NCBI GenBank assembly: GCA_000934665.2
Contig: KZ538444.1
Span: 62,001-117,212 of the forward strand
Direction: 5' to 3'
DNA from: Catajapyx aquilonaris
Taxonomy: Eukaryota
DNA length: 55,212 nucleotides
A program made the translations under genes and the position numbers. This document shows, piece by piece, positions 14,804 through 28,432 of this stretch. Below the pieces are notes generated by a model. That model saw only the letters and a program-made list of their open reading frames with translations. It did no database searches and had not been told where the DNA came from. The number at the start of each line of letters is the position of its first letter. The first letter of the stretch is position 1.

Positions 14804-15330
14804 GTTCATATTCAGAAACAGACTTCAACTTGAAGTTAGACCATGGTTTAGTGATGACTAACTTTTGACGTCACTCAGTGTAGCCAACTAGTTAGACCAG
14901 GGCTTAGTCTGAACTAGTGGTGACTAACTTGTGACAACAGTGTAGACAACTAGTTAGACCACGGTTTAAGCCGAACTAGTGGTGACTAATTTTTGACGTC
15001 AATCAGTGTAGCCAGCTAGTTAGACCAGGGTTTAGTCTGGTGTAGTGATGACTAACTTTAGACGTCAGTGTAGCCAGCTAGTTCAACCAGGGTTTAGTCT
15101 GATCTAGTAGTGACTAGCTTTAGACGTCAGCGTAGCCAGCTAATTAGACCAGGGTTTAGTCTGATCTAGTGATGACTAACTTTAGACGCCAGTGTAGCCA
15201 ACTAGTTACACCACGGTTTAGGCCTAACTATTGATTACTAAATTTTGACGTCACTCGTCAGTGTAGCCAGCTGGTTAGACCAGGGTTTAGTATGAACTAG
15301 TTATGACTAACTAATGTTTCTGAATACGAC
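14804..15330. mobile_element. TIR-bounded element carrying an internal array of ~8 units of ~55-70 bp
   Basis: Termini gttcatattcagaaaca and tgtttctgaatacgac are inverted. Units gttagaccagggtttagtctgaactagtgatgactaacttt(t/a)gacgtcagtgtagccagcta start near 14836, 14891, 14953, 15018, 15080, 15142, 15204 and 15274. Confidence 0.75.
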
Positions 15331-16725
15331 TGACCTTTTTGGCAATCCATTCCGAAACACAGGTATCCAAACAGCACTTCATGATCACTGCAAGCCGGCA
15401 CATGCTACATGCGTGAGGCGCCAGGTGCCAACTGAAGGGCCCCAAGAGAAACAAACCATGCGCTGGTCAACCTTGCGAAACCTCCCCTCCCACAAAACCA
15501 CCCCCCTCCTTCCCACTGCGAAAAAAAAAACACATTAACCTCCACCTTCTTTCCCTCAGGGGGAAGTCTCCGCAAAACTGGCGGAGAAATTACCCCCACA
15601 ACAGATGTGGCCCGGCAGATATGTTTCTCTCAAAAAACCTGACCAATCGACACACCCTTCACGATATGGTGGCAATTTGCACACAAAAAATTGCGACTGA
15701 TTTTATTGCGGGATTCGCCAAAGTACCACTTTTTGTTGGAACTACTGGTCACATATGTTTGCCCCCCAAAAAATCAGTGTCCAGTTCGTCCCCATTTGGC
15801 GTTACATCATCCTCATAGCGGTGATCACCAATTAACAGACTCATCAGCATTCGAGATCACCTTCGACAGTGATACTTCATGCTCCCATTGTTGCCCACCT
15901 CCCATTATTAATACCGTGGCTACCTGCCAGCCATTAGATCCAGCAGGCCGTCTAATGAGGGGGCCTCCATAAGTGGGGCTAGGTCAAGGAACCCCCTCCA
16001 ACCCCAGTCTTTAGAGAGAGAGAAAAAGGGAGGCACATCAAGCCTGCCAATTAAACAGCTCTTCCCACCAACAAAGATGAGGTAACCCCACTTATTGTTA
16101 CAATGGCTTCTTAGCGAGAATAACCAGGCCTTGCAAGGACATGCAACAATGCTGGGAGGATGCTTCGACCAGAAAATCCTTGAGTTTAACGGGTCCTCCT
16201 CTGGCGGGGGATTTTTTTTTTCTCTCTCTACAAGTACATGAAGGGTGTCCAGTACTGAGATGACCTCCTCATCCAAACTAAAAAAAAGGTAATTATAACA
16301 ACCGGGTCTCTTGTACCTTCTCCGTTCCATAGAAAAGGTCAACCGGGCCATCCGATACACTTTCTCCAGATGGTTTTGGTGTAAAAGGACATGCACCATT
16401 GCCCACCATCTCTCTCAGCTGACATGGCAGCCAGTCTCTCTTTCTTCCTACACAAGCTTTGCCAGAGTTTGCTATCGTATTATCCTGTGCTCATTACTCG
16501 TTTCTTATCGCGTAAAAACTGCAGGAGGAGGAGGAGGAGGCCAGTGTGATTAATTACGATATTTCGTCACACTGAATGGTGCGTTGCAGACTGATTTGTG
16601 AGAGAATATTGTTGTGCGACCTAATTCCAATCCAGAGATTTTATCCAGGGAATCTGATTAGCTTTAATAAGCCCCTTCTGATTTAATTTGTGCTTATAAA
16701 TATTCATATAATTATATACGGTACG

Positions 16726-16953
16726 TCATTCATTCGAAAAATATATGCTTCATTTTATTTGTGTTTATTAATATTAATGTCACTAAATTTAATAACAATT
16801 TTTGGTTAACATTATTTGCAATAAAATTTTCCTATTAATATATGACATACAGTGCGAATACAGTAACGTAAACCAAAAATATTATTAAAATTAATGGCAT
16901 TAATATTCATAGGCACAAATAAAATACAGCAAATATTGTTCGAATGAATGAAT
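16726..16953. mobile_element. AT-rich foldback MITE
   Basis: Left arm cattcattcgaaaaatatatgcttcattttatttgtg..ttaataacaatttttggtt matches the reverse complement of the right arm over ~90 bp. Confidence 0.7.
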
Positions 16954-18865
16954 TTTTCGATTGAATGAAAATAAACTGAACTAAATACTATTTAAGATAA
17001 GTTACAATGTAATTTAACTGAATAATATTTAGTTCATTTTATTTATATTTAAATTAGACAGATTCTTGGTTTTTCCATACGTATACTGTATTTTATTACA
17101 TTTGCACGGTCTATACTGCTTCTTATTTATTTTATAGTACGGTATATTTTTAGATTGTATAATATTATTTCCTCGAGCTTATTTATGTTTGTCACATATT
17201 TTGATCAGAAGAATATTTTGATTTATTTACAGCTACATGAGGATTGTTTTCGCAAATACAGTATTAGGTGCTAATATTAGAATGAAGAAAACATCGCAGG
17301 ACATGAATGACAATAGGAATTCCGCTGATGATGACCTGAGGACATATTCGCAACAAAACGGGTGACAGGCTAATTGAACATCAGATTGTCAAAATGTCGT
17401 TCGGGTTTCCGTGACCAGTTAGTGTACTCCGTTTGTTTGCACCCGTGTCTGACCTTCAGCGGACAACAACTGACAGCTCACTTAATTATCGAGATGTGTT
17501 TATACCCTTCGGCGGTCATGAGATTAAAAGTGCAGGTTGCGCACATACTGGTATACAAAATGTGGGTCAAAATGACCCTCGCATAATTATTACGGATAAA
17601 ATATGGGTCACGCCGATATACCAATAAGCCGTTATGCATTACAACCTCCGCCTCCTTCATATGCGACATAACCGTTGCCCAAGAGAGACCGGTGTAATAT
17701 AGAAACAGCCTTCCCTGAATAAAGCCATATAACTAGACGGTGTGGGTATAATCACATATTGTTCTTGAATTGGAATCGTGATGAGTTTCCACTGGTGGAA
17801 AGGAGAAAGTTCTGAAATGCGTCGAGTCGAGCCCGCAGCGACGCATGTTGGCTCCAAACAAAAGGGTGAGTCAAAACTGTAATGAATTTCATCCAACCTC
17901 GATTACAGACAAGTCTCTCATATAGACCCAAGTGCGGATGAGAAAAATCATCCGAATATTTACTTAAATATTAATTTAAATAAATTTACACGAAGCCGAG
18001 CTCGTGTGAACAGGGCACGAATCAGGTTTTGTAGCTAACAATCATCTAGACATCACAATGTACTTGTTTATCCAGCTTCCGAGTTTTTTAATGTGGAGCG
18101 CAAATGCACATGATTACATACCTGCCAACTATGCCAAAAAAAATATATTTATATGGAAGCTTTCACTGTGCCACCTGCACTAATAGCGCATGTAATTCTA
18201 GGCGAGAGTGAAAGCAAAGAGACGAAGATCGCACAATTAATCGCAACTTATACTGCTCTACTGCCAGACGACAAATTCGCAAAGGTTGTTCACCCCCGAG
18301 CGTGCCAAAAAAAATTATGTGACATAATTCGTGATTTTTCTTGCTTCACCAAAAACCCGAACCCCCACCGTTTAACCCCCTGCAGCGATGAGGATAACCT
18401 TGGACAAAAAAAAAGTTAAACGCTTCACGACAAATGGTAGGGGTCTCTCCCTTATCCCCGCAAAAATACAGACCAGCACAATATTTCACAGGTATTAAAG
18501 CAGGCCAATCCAATCACGACCAAGGACCTGTTCAGAACCAACAAAAAAAAATTGGCCAATTCCTGCCTCCCCCCGGAAATTACTCCGTGTCCTTACAACA
18601 CATTTTCTCCTTCGGTTGTATCCCTTGCAGAGACGTGCGAGGCTGTATTAATGCGAGGGACAGAACTCATAACATGTACTGGGGGAGTCCTTCAAGATGA
18701 AGAAAAAAAAATGACAGGGTGAAACTCAAATCCCTTGCGGAAGCTGCGATTTGACGTCACCTGATATCATTTTTGCAAACTTGCCTCACCTTGCACGCAA
18801 TTGTATGGTATTACAGGTAATGTGAAATTACTTCACTATTTCATTCAGCAGAGAATCACTTGGAG

Positions 18866-18868
18866 AAA

Positions 18869-18911
<43 letters not shown>
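18866..18911. repeat. (AAAT)n microsatellite
   Basis: About 11 perfect aaat units. Confidence 0.95.
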
Positions 18912-20072
18912 CCGCCATGATAAATAAAATAAAGAGAAACACTAGGATTAACAAGTAAATAAATAGACGGTCAATTAATTAATTATTAAACACTAGGATA
19001 AATGAATAAATAAACACCAGTATTAACACGTAAATAAGTAAATAAATAAATAAATAAATATGCAGGATGCGTCACGTTTAAATTGTACCAAAACTGCTGT
19101 AGCAAGAGTTATGAAAAAATAGCCGGATGATGCATCGTAACCTCCAAAAAAAATGTGTAACTCATACCTGGCTACAATTATTGCACCATAACTCGTAAAA
19201 AATATATATTGCCATTACTTCACACGAGTGGATAATCCGGTTGGAGCAAAATAAAACTCATCCGATTCGAAACACTGCTCCTCGGGGAATTCCTGACCTG
19301 CTTCAATGATGAACAAATCAGGGCGTTAACCTTAGGCAACAATGCCTATTGCTCCCATACTTCACGGCCTTATAGCACATCCCATAAAACAGGATCCTTA
19401 CAAAAAAAATAATTGCAAATTTTGTGCAAAGAACTAAATCGACAGAATGGTTCTGACTTGCAAATTGCAGTGTAATCAGTCAAAACTCGGCCAGCACAAT
19501 CAACATGAAAGTCTGCCTCGCTTGTAATAATACACGTGTATTGTTGCCCCCGAAAAGAGAGAGAGAGAAAAAAAGTGAGAGCCAGGCACCCAAGGCGCCA
19601 CATGCTGCGGTTCGAAGGAGGATTAATGGGCATGGATTGGCGGTGAGGACAGCATGAGACCCGATCAGCTGTGCCAAAATCGTGCCCAGTCCATTTTGGC
19701 CCCGGACTTTAGTGGGCTTGGTCAAAATTGCCTTGACTTTCTGGGGGTTGTATTAGGGACAAAGTAAAAGCAAAAAAAAAAAAATCCCCCCCTCCAGTAT
19801 ATAGACGTGAGACTCCGCCTTTTCATTGCCACACGCTGTTTTAAAACAAAAACTATTTGGCGCAGGCTTTGAATGAAGAATCCTGGTCAGAAAACCACGA
19901 TCATATCTCCGGGAGCCTGCGGAACTCGGTTGAAAATTTCACGCCCAATCGTGCCAATTTTTTTTTTTTGTGCACGCTCAACAGCTTCTCGCTTTCATGA
20001 GAAATGTGCAGATCTGTCAGAAACAGGGCGCAAAACTATCTGAATTGTTCTCTCCATCAAGTACTTTATATA

Positions 20073-20421
20073 CCGGTATACAGAAGCAACAATCCTGCTA
20101 TCACTCTTAACCATTTACCTTCTCTAGAGAGGGTAAGAAAGTGGCCATTTTTTACCCTCTATTTTCTAAGGTAATACATGCAAAATTTACCTTAGAATCA
20201 ATTTACCCTACAATGTAAGGTAAAAAAAATTGCCACTTTCTTACCCTCCCTAGAGAAGGTAAATGGTTAAGAGTGTATAGTTAACCGCAGCAGCAACGTT
20301 CAAAATGATGGCTGTTAGCCTAGGTTACGTTAGGTTATGATAGGTTAGCTTAGGTTAAGTTAGGTTAGGTTAGGTTAGGTTAGGTTAGGGTGCTATGAAT
20401 GTTGCTTCTTTTGAAACCGGT
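20073..20421. mobile_element. TIR element containing a (TTAGG)n tract, with a nested MITE
   Basis: Termini accggtatacagaagcaaca and tgttgcttcttttgaaaccggt are inverted. TTAGG-like units span ~20315-20390. Confidence 0.6.
20102..20275. mobile_element. MITE with ~55-bp TIRs and CAC...GTG termini
   Basis: cactcttaaccatttaccttctctagagagggtaagaaagtggc pairs with gccactttcttaccctccctagagaaggtaaatggttaagagtg. Confidence 0.85.
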
Positions 20422-23400
20422 TTTCCAGTGGACATTCAGCAGTCTGTGACCAGTTTTTTCACCCTTCTAGCCGCAATTTTGACCACTGATGCGCCCATTT
20501 TCTGCATGACTCATGATTCAATTAGACTGTCCTTCATACACACGCCCTGGCAATATAGAAAGAGCGAATTACTTGTCACAGCTATTTTCACTCTCGCGAT
20601 ATCATATAGAGATGACAATCCAGCCCACCTTCTCTCAGCACCTGGATCTTTATTTTCTGTATAGAAAGGCAGGCAGCAAGGCTACTGTGCAGAAGTATAA
20701 GGACCCCAATTTCTCTCTGGCCACGCCACACTAATTGCGGATCTCACGCATGGAGATTGGAGATTCCCTTCTGCACAGAACAAACCACACTTTCACATGA
20801 CCCCACCTCTATCAGCACAGGGTGGTGCACTGCCCAAGTTCAAGCCAAAAAGTGCTGATTTTTTTAAAAAATTCACTTCAACAACAATAGTCCAACAATG
20901 AACAAAAATTTGGTTGGATGTTGCTGGAGAAAACAACTGCAACGCTATAGTTTCCTCTAAATCATTGCTGGAACGAACAATTTGCAATTGTTCCAACTTG
21001 CAACTTGGGCAGTGCACCACATTTTAATTGGAGGAAAACTAAGTAAATGGGCAGCTTTTCGACGGAAAAGTTCCAACAATGAGTGGCGTACTCATTGTTT
21101 ATGCTGGACTTCTTTTGAAGAGACTCTTTTTGATGTGGGGTGGGGGTGGAGTGTTGTTCCCATTCCGGGATATTAATTTTCCATTGTGCCGGATTTTTTT
21201 CCCCCCACTGGCCGCAATAATGGTTTATTACATCAACGGAACAATGATCATGTAAGGGAGACCAGGAAAATTTCAAAATTTCTTCGCACGGTTCATGAAA
21301 AATGCCAATAAGTCAATTTTTTCAAAGCAACAACTCACATAATTATGTACAAATATTCAATTGTGAACGACCAATCAGAAATATCATTTGCAATCAAATT
21401 ATGCAAAAAAAATATTAATGGCTTCAACATGCTTTTGTAAATGAAGGTAAGGAATGCTATTTGCGATGCAAAAAAAGAAAGCGTGTGCAAAATTTTTCAT
21501 TGATTACTGCAACATACGTAACCATGTTGAGAATAAGCCACAGAATGCAAGTGAACTGTAACAAGTTTCGCAAAAAAAAAAAAATTAATATTATTAGTTC
21601 ACCGTGCATAAACTATTTTCGAATGAGTGAAGAAATGGAATTCAGACTGCGACGCAACAGAAAATGCTTGCATAATATATTTTCGCACAATAAAAAATTA
21701 CATTTATTTCAACATGTTTGATCAATTTGAAAGTAAGCCGATACATCCCAATTGCAACGTTAATATAAAAACAACTATTGCAATTATTTCATCGTTACAA
21801 TGCAAAATTAAAGGCCGGTAACGTCTGGAATTTAAAAATTATTGCGATTATTTTTGCCAATAAGTGTGCAAATTCCAACTGCGATGTTAAAGAAAAATCA
21901 TGTATCTTATGATTGTTGCTCACTAATTGCAGTCATTTCACCTTGAATTCCCATTAACAATGCAAAAAAATAAGTCAGCTGTAATTTGAGCAAAAAAATA
22001 ATTATTTGCGATTATTTCTACATGCCCCGGTTGCGAATGAGTTAGAGGGAAATAAATCGCGAATATTTTTTCTCTCTCTCCACATCCTCCTCTCATTTTT
22101 TAAAAAAATTATTATCGCGGGCTTCCGAATGGACGCCCTCAAACAATGCCATGGAAGGCAGTAAATAATTCTGGACAATTTCGCACATAGTTAGCGAAGT
22201 GGACAGCCGATATACATGCTGTGGCTTGACCTTGGCCAGAATATGCAGGATGAGATGACTTTCATTTGCACAGCTGCCGGTCTGGGTCACTGCCTCTCAA
22301 AGAAAGGTGACAAGAAGCGGAAAGAAAAATATTATTAATATTCATGTGACAATTCCTCCTATACAATTTGCAATCTCTTGTAATCTACTGCAAGGGTTGT
22401 TAGCGATTTTTTTAATTTAAAAAATTATGTTAAGAGTGAAAGCTGCAGAAAGCAGTTTACAAAACCACTTTTCACATTACAGTCTCGTTTTATTATTTAT
22501 TACGATGAAACTTGTCAAAAATGCGTCAACGTCATTGGCTCATCCTTCATACTACTGCCATTTTCAGGGTCGATGATGACTCACCCCGGACAAACAAACG
22601 AAAAGACAGTCAATTAGTATTATGACTTCGTGTCGATGACAAAGTAATAATTTAGAAATTGGATGCTGTGTCTAAAAGTCAATTTCTCCTGAATTTGCTA
22701 GTGTGACTTTTTAGACCACCCTGTACAATCCAATCAAGGTTGTTGACCACATGTTTGCCCAAAATTACGGTTGTCTGAGCATGGGCCTTGGCAACCACAA
22801 AAAATGAAGCCCTCAAATTCCATTAGTCCAGGTTCATTACTCGGTCTATTAAGGCAAGTGTATCTTCTTCGCTCTCTTTACTTTTAAATCTGGAAACCTT
22901 GTTGCACTTGAAGGATGAGAAACAACCTGGGAGAAGGCCAAGAAGAAAAGACTTTCACGGCTAAAGACGAGTGAGCGAAAAAAAAGGAAAATCCAAAGAA
23001 AACGTCTTTACCCCCAATTTGACTTCTTTTAGCGAAAAAAAAATCAGGTGTAAATTAGGTCGTGTTTGTACTACATCCGGACCTTTTTTTTAAGTTCCGG
23101 AAAAAAACCATTCGGGCATACTTCATTACATATCCGCAGGAAAATGACTTTGTTTCCAACCCTCCTTTAGTTGTCACAATGACCTTTTTTAGTCTATTGT
23201 CTCGATTTGTTTGGAGGTGTGGCCATTTCCCTTTCGAAGGACACCGCAGTTTAAATCAAAAAATTGAACTGAAACAAATGGTTCCATTGTGTTTGTAATG
23301 AATATTTCGAACCATGCCAAATATGTCCGCTTCCCTAAACCATTTATGAGTTTAGATTCCTTTTGCAGCAATGAGAGAAATAAATAATACAAGCTGATTG

Positions 23401-26330
23401 CACCCGTTGTAAATATTTTTTCGTGTCGAAGGTTGGCCTTGAATGAATCCTCGACAGACTAACAGGAAACAGTTTAGTTGGCCATTATTTTAACCAACGG
23501 AATCATTAAATGACGTCAACACCAATTTTTTATACTCCTTACATTATTTGCAAAATTACGGTAACTTATTACATCGAAGCTAAATATAAAGGGTGAAATA
23601 ATGTACTTTACTTCACTTAAAATGGCAAGAAATTACCATTTTTTTAAAAAATTGCAACGACAGATTTGGTGGTTCATAAACCTGTAAACGTATACGTTGT
23701 AGCAAATTAATAATTGCAGCAACGGAATTTGTGGTTCATAAACTCGTAAACATGTATACGTTGGCGTAACAAGACCGCTTCTTCGATTTCTCGAGATAAT
23801 AAAAGCCCAGTTTTTTTTAAAGAAACTAATGTGTGTCCAGTCAGCATAAAATTTGATCGAATTTTAATTAATTCTGCTGCATACCGAGATATTAATAATG
23901 AAGATTTCCCCCTCAAAAGAGCACTGCTCTACCACGGGGCAAATAAATAAATTAATTAATTAATTAATTAATTAATAATGAAGATTGATAATAATTCAAA
24001 ACTATATGTCACAATGAAATGATTTCGACTCGAAACGGATAATCTTTTAATTGTCATAACTCGACATTTTCGACTTATGACGATTAAAAGATTATCCATT
24101 ACATGCTAATTTTTTACTTCATTTTCTACGAGACTATAATTTTTCTACCATTAAAATGACAAATATTTTTCGCCAAAAATGCTTTAGAAATATGGTCCTT
24201 CATTTTAATCGCATACCCGGATATTACCTAATATTAACATCAGGTCGTTCATTTTCTGCAGTTTTCTCATCCCTTACTATTCCATGCAAACCCGTGGAAA
24301 AAAATTTGCGCTAAAAACGTGCCTTATGCGCGTGGGAAGACCAGGAGACTGGAATGCGCGAAGCACCAGACAAGCGTCCATAAATGCGGAATTTTCGCGG
24401 AAGAAAAAGCAGGGCCAGAGGCCGGTGGCCAAGTGTGAGAATCGCTGGCCAAAGAAAGCGAACAAATCTCCTATTTTTTTCTCACTCCCTGTGTGTGCCG
24501 TGTCCATTTCATGGTCAAGGAAAGAGGCAGCTTCCTTGTGGTCAAGAAGACAAGAATGATACCCCCTCTTTTAGTGTAGCACCGCAGTGAGAAGTTGTCT
24601 GTTTTGCTTTCCTTTTTTGCGGTCCTCCTCAAGACTCGTCATGCCCATCTTAAGCTTCCCTGACAAGCATCTTGTGGTCGAGGTAAACAATCCGCAGTCA
24701 TGATCACAATGGATGCAAGCCCTTTAATCAGTGCCAGGACACGCCACCGGGTTGCATTGTTATGTGTACGGGTACAGGCAGGCAGGAGCGCCCAATTTTT
24801 TTCGCAAAAAAAGATTTTCATGGGAATAATGTGGATTGATCCAACAGGAAAGAAAATTTCAGCTCATATGTAGGTGTTTATACTATGCAGAAAATATTTT
24901 CGGAAAAACAAACACTATTATAGAGTATAGATGAATATGTTAATGGCACTGTACAGTACTGTACGTATAGGAATATTATTTGCAGAAAAAAACAAAGCAA
25001 AATTGCTCGTGTAAATACGGTATGTAAAATTTGTTGGTTTTTAAAAAATTGTGCATTTTTTTCATTCACCTTGTCGATTATGGCATAAGCGACTCCCAAA
25101 AATTGACAAGGTGAACGCAAAAAAAAAAAATCTCCAAAGATTTTGTGATTATTTTCCCCATTTTACCATCAGGCTAAAATAATAGTTTCATCAAATTCTG
25201 CAAATAATATTATGAGGATTACTTTCTGATTATTCAGTATTCCCAATAAATTATCTAGCTTTTTTTCGAAGCGGGTCAAATATGCTCTTAAAATTTTTTT
25301 CATCCACGTTTCAATTTAAAATAGTCATTCGCTTGATATGCTGTGCGTCTAAATAGTTTTGCAGTTTTATTACATAATTTCTCACATACAGAAAGATCTA
25401 GTACAACAATCGCTATTTATTCTGCCACATAATCGGATGTACCCTATAAATAGTTATTTCAAATGTCTACTTGGTATAGGCCTACAAGCAACTCAACACA
25501 ATCTGCTTAACTTTCAGGAAAAGAGCTATACAAACACATTATCTCTCTAAATTGATTTTTTTTTAAAGCTTGAACCACACTGTGTATCGATGCCAAGGAG
25601 AGCAAAAATCTGGCATGTCCGTAAACTGACCCAATGCCAGTATCTGGGTCAGTACATCGGAGGGCTTGAAATCTTCGACCATGTCATTATAATACGTATC
25701 TCGCGTGATTAAGGCGAATTTTTATGCCTTCCTTACTTGGTCGAGTCCTCAACCCACATTTTTGCAAGATACACGCTATTAATTAATGCGACCAAAATTA
25801 CCGTATTTTTACAGTAAATTAGGCCGGGTCACGATATAAATTTAAAATTGGGAAATAACAAAAAGCTGTTGCGTGAGTTCAGGTAATTATAGAGGGTACT
25901 GTATCAGTCGGTCTTACAATATTTTGCGATTTGATTTATGGCCCGTCATCACTCTTAAAATAGGCTATATTTCATGTATAGCTTGGTAATTGTGTGTGTG
26001 TGTCTTGCTATAATTATACAGTTATACTGTGAACCAGTTGCCAAAATTTGGCAACAGTGCCCGGCCCTCCCCTCCCTTGAGCGTAGTATAATATGCCACA
26101 GCCAGATGGCGCGCATCTGCACACTTACTGCCATACCCCCGTGGTAACTACGGTAACTACATGCACCTAGGTGATGAGTCAACGGACAAAGCCACGCCTA
26201 ACCAATTCTATGTACTGTACTGCATAAAATAAAAATACAAAAATATGATCAAAATTGTTTTATCCCATGGTAATATGAGGGACAAGCTTGCTGCTACGTG
26301 GAATCTATGGTTAACTACATGCGCCTAGGT

Positions 26331-26695
26331 CAGGGAACATATACTACATAAGAGGCGCAAACTTCTGTCGGCGCCTTTGATGTCGGCGTCTCCCTGCTTG
26401 GGGCCGTTGCCAAGGCTGGCGGGCATTTTGAAGTGTGGGCAACACCAACGAGGTATAAATAGGGTACAGGCAAAAATAGGGTCCGCCATCTTTGATGGTT
26501 TTGGCGGCCATGGCAACTACACGGCAAGAACACGCGCGAATCAAAGATGGCGGACACTATTTTTGCCTGTACCCTATTTATACCTCGTTGGCGTTCCCCA
26601 CACTTCCAAATGGCCGCCAGCCTTGGCAACGGCCCAAACAGAGAGACGCGGAAATCGAATGTTTGCCCCTCTTATGCTGTAGTATATTCTCCCTG
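26331..26695. mobile_element. 365-bp palindromic non-autonomous DNA transposon with CCTAGGT target-site duplication
   Basis: Arms of ~160 bp (CAGGGA...TCCCTG). cctaggt occurs at 26324-26330 and 26696-26702. The tandem paralogous copy at 26153-26290 shows the empty site with a single cctaggt. Confidence 0.9.
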
Positions 26696-26874
26696 CCTAG
26701 GTGATGAGTCAACGTCACGCCTAGTCAATTCTATATGCTGTATGATATACACTATAAAATTAAAATTAAAATTTGATAATTTTTTTTTATCCCAGTGGTA
26801 ATATGCGAGATAAGTTTTCGAGACATGAATATATGACAAGGTCAATCGAAATGTAGTTAAAAATAGTGGCTTAC

Positions 26875-27700
26875 CAGTGAGATGGGTCGAGTGAAGTGTG
26901 TCTTGATCGACCACTCCCGGTCTAGTGAAGTCATAATGTGATCTCTCTCTCCCTCACCCCAACGGCTTCCTGTCCAAGAGGAATCACCGGCGTGCTTCCG
27001 GTGCTCCAAAAGAACAGGTGGTCGGTTGCCTATTGGGAGGGACACCTGGCCCCTTGCACCATCATCATGAAAGACAAACATATAAACTATTACATAAAAA
27101 TGATCAAAAAGTCGCAGAATCATACACATGTGCCACTCCCTAACCTGCCCTAAACCAGTATAGACATGTCCAGTGCAATTAGAATCGGGAAAGCGAAGGA
27201 TTTGCAATTGGAAGGTGAAGCTTGATGATATCGCGAATTGGGGTTTTCTCTCTCAAGCCCCATGTTTTGCTTGGCATAAAAATCCACTTAGATCTGGAAA
27301 TTTTCACCACCCAAGAATTCCACTGCCCAAAGGCCCATAAAACGAATTGAGGAGACTTGTGTTGTCTGTTTGATGGATTTCTCTCTCCGTTTCGGACGTG
27401 TTAAAATTTATTGTGCTGCAGATTGAAAGGAAGCGGAACGGATTGGCTTTTTTTCTCTTCCTCTTCATTCTCCGGCTTATGTGTTTTGCTGGGTGGTGGA
27501 CTGATCAAGTCCACAGTCCAAGAAGAAGGGATTGTTCACCCCAGAAGCATTTTTCTCTCTCAAAATAGCCTACTTATAGGCCTCTTCATCTTTATCCTAA
27601 TGTCTTTCTCCTAATAAGCTTATTCTCTCCGTCAGTTGTTTGTCCGACCTGAAAGTACCGCTATCTCTCGCACGACCTGAGTGTGCCCGGAGTGTACGCC
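26875..27700 (-). other. Putative non-coding first exon/TSS region of the cadherin gene
   Basis: Exon 9110-9255 begins with a splice acceptor, so an upstream exon is required. Minus-strand donor CTG|gtaagc at 26874, purine-rich UTR-like sequence, and a TAGATGGCG motif near 27700, just downstream of the BRCC36 poly(A) signals. Confidence 0.35.
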
Positions 27701-28432
27701 ATCTATGTGTGAAGAATAGTACTACATATATCACTGTCACTCAGTCATAAGTTTCGCCAAATTTTGGCACCGCGTTCACTAGCAGGCTTGGAACAATATA
27801 AATTTTTAAAAGCTCGATGCAGCCAAGTACAAAATTATCCATCACACAATCTGAAAATGGAATTGACTGAATAGTCATCGCTACTCAGGTTTGTTTTCTC
27901 AACTACCTCTGCGGGCCTATGCGGAAGTCCCATTGAGCCCAATGTTCGTGAAAGTGCTATCGAGATGGCAGAATCAAACCTAGCTACCACCCAATAGTCC
28001 CAATCTCTTTACGAGCCTCGTTGGTAAAATGAGCTCCGCCATCACACTAGCTGAAAAACAATGAACCAAAAAAAATGAACAGAAACCAATTTATTCAAAA
28101 TCCTTCACAGTGCATTTCAGTGTTTATTCAGCCATCACACATTATCCATTCTCCAGGGGTAGCCCATTTGCAGTTGAAAGTTTAACAAACGCACCTGTGT
28201 CGTCGGGAGATCCAAATCAGCCAATGGCCAGCAGATATTGCATGCAGAAACTCCTAAAATGACAGACAAAAACTTATTACAAATAATTGATGCACCTAAT
28301 TGCAGGAAAGCTGGGTACTTTGCCAACTAGTACTAGTGCTAAATGGGTTATACAAGTTCAAGATCTTAGTATGGTATTGATTTACCAATTTATGCAATGC
28401 ATGGTGATTTTTTTGAACACTGTATATAGTTA

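Noticed and set aside
14836..15312. CRISPR-like regularly spaced repeats
   Set aside because: Whole units are homologous with no unique spacers, there are no cas genes, and the context is eukaryotic; this is a minisatellite inside a MITE.
20315..20390. True telomere or chromosome-fusion site
   Set aside because: Short, partly degenerate, single orientation, and enclosed by inverted termini of a small element.
26325..26801. Cluster of overlapping ORFs with mirrored peptides
   Set aside because: An artefact of the GC-rich palindromic MITE.
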